From positions 61,876,001 through 61,940,000 of the forward strand of contig OX597825.1 in the NCBI GenBank assembly GCA_951406725.2: 64,000 nucleotides of DNA, written 5' to 3'. Positions 63,908 through 64,000 of the stretch are shown piece by piece (the stretch's first letter is position 1; every line of letters begins with the position of its first letter). The stretch comes from Octopus vulgaris. Taxonomy: Eukaryota. The position numbers and the translations under genes are program-made. Under the pieces are notes generated by a model. That model saw only the letters and a list, made by a program, of their open reading frames with translations. It did no database searches and had not been told where the DNA came from.

Positions 63908-64000
63908 ATCATGATCATCATCATCATCATCATCATCAGCATCGTTTAACATCCGCTTTCCATGCTAGCATGGTTTGGACGATTTGACTGAGGGCTGGTG
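63908..64000 (-). mobile_element. Family E 3' end (continues beyond the window)
   Basis: (CAT)n plus GTTTAACATCCGCTTTCCATGCTAGCATGG. Confidence 0.8.

Overview
This is a eukaryotic, AT-rich, microsatellite-saturated window with no recognisable intact protein-coding gene. The repeat families suggest an octopod cephalopod (Octopus-like) genome; this is inferred from family resemblance and was not confirmed by a search. Nearly all ORFs in the track are microsatellite or SINE read-through. The window holds dozens of copies of five short interspersed families (called A-E here; A-D have tRNA-like heads). It also holds decayed LINE fragments (CR1/L2-like, RTE, L1/Tx1, R4/Dong), Tc1/mariner remnants and MITEs, piggyBac-like and hAT-like MITEs, and a Helitron-type 3' end. 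The most unusual signal is a set of unrelated short foldback (palindromic) inserts, mostly sitting in (TA)n tracts. Most have one arm extended by a unique tail, and several carry hammerhead-ribozyme-like cores. The clearest is a perfect 64-bp-arm palindrome at 53963-54091 whose symmetry axis lies immediately before CTGATGA. These look like non-autonomous Penelope-like/retrozyme-type elements. Boundaries of decayed repeats are approximate and were read by eye.
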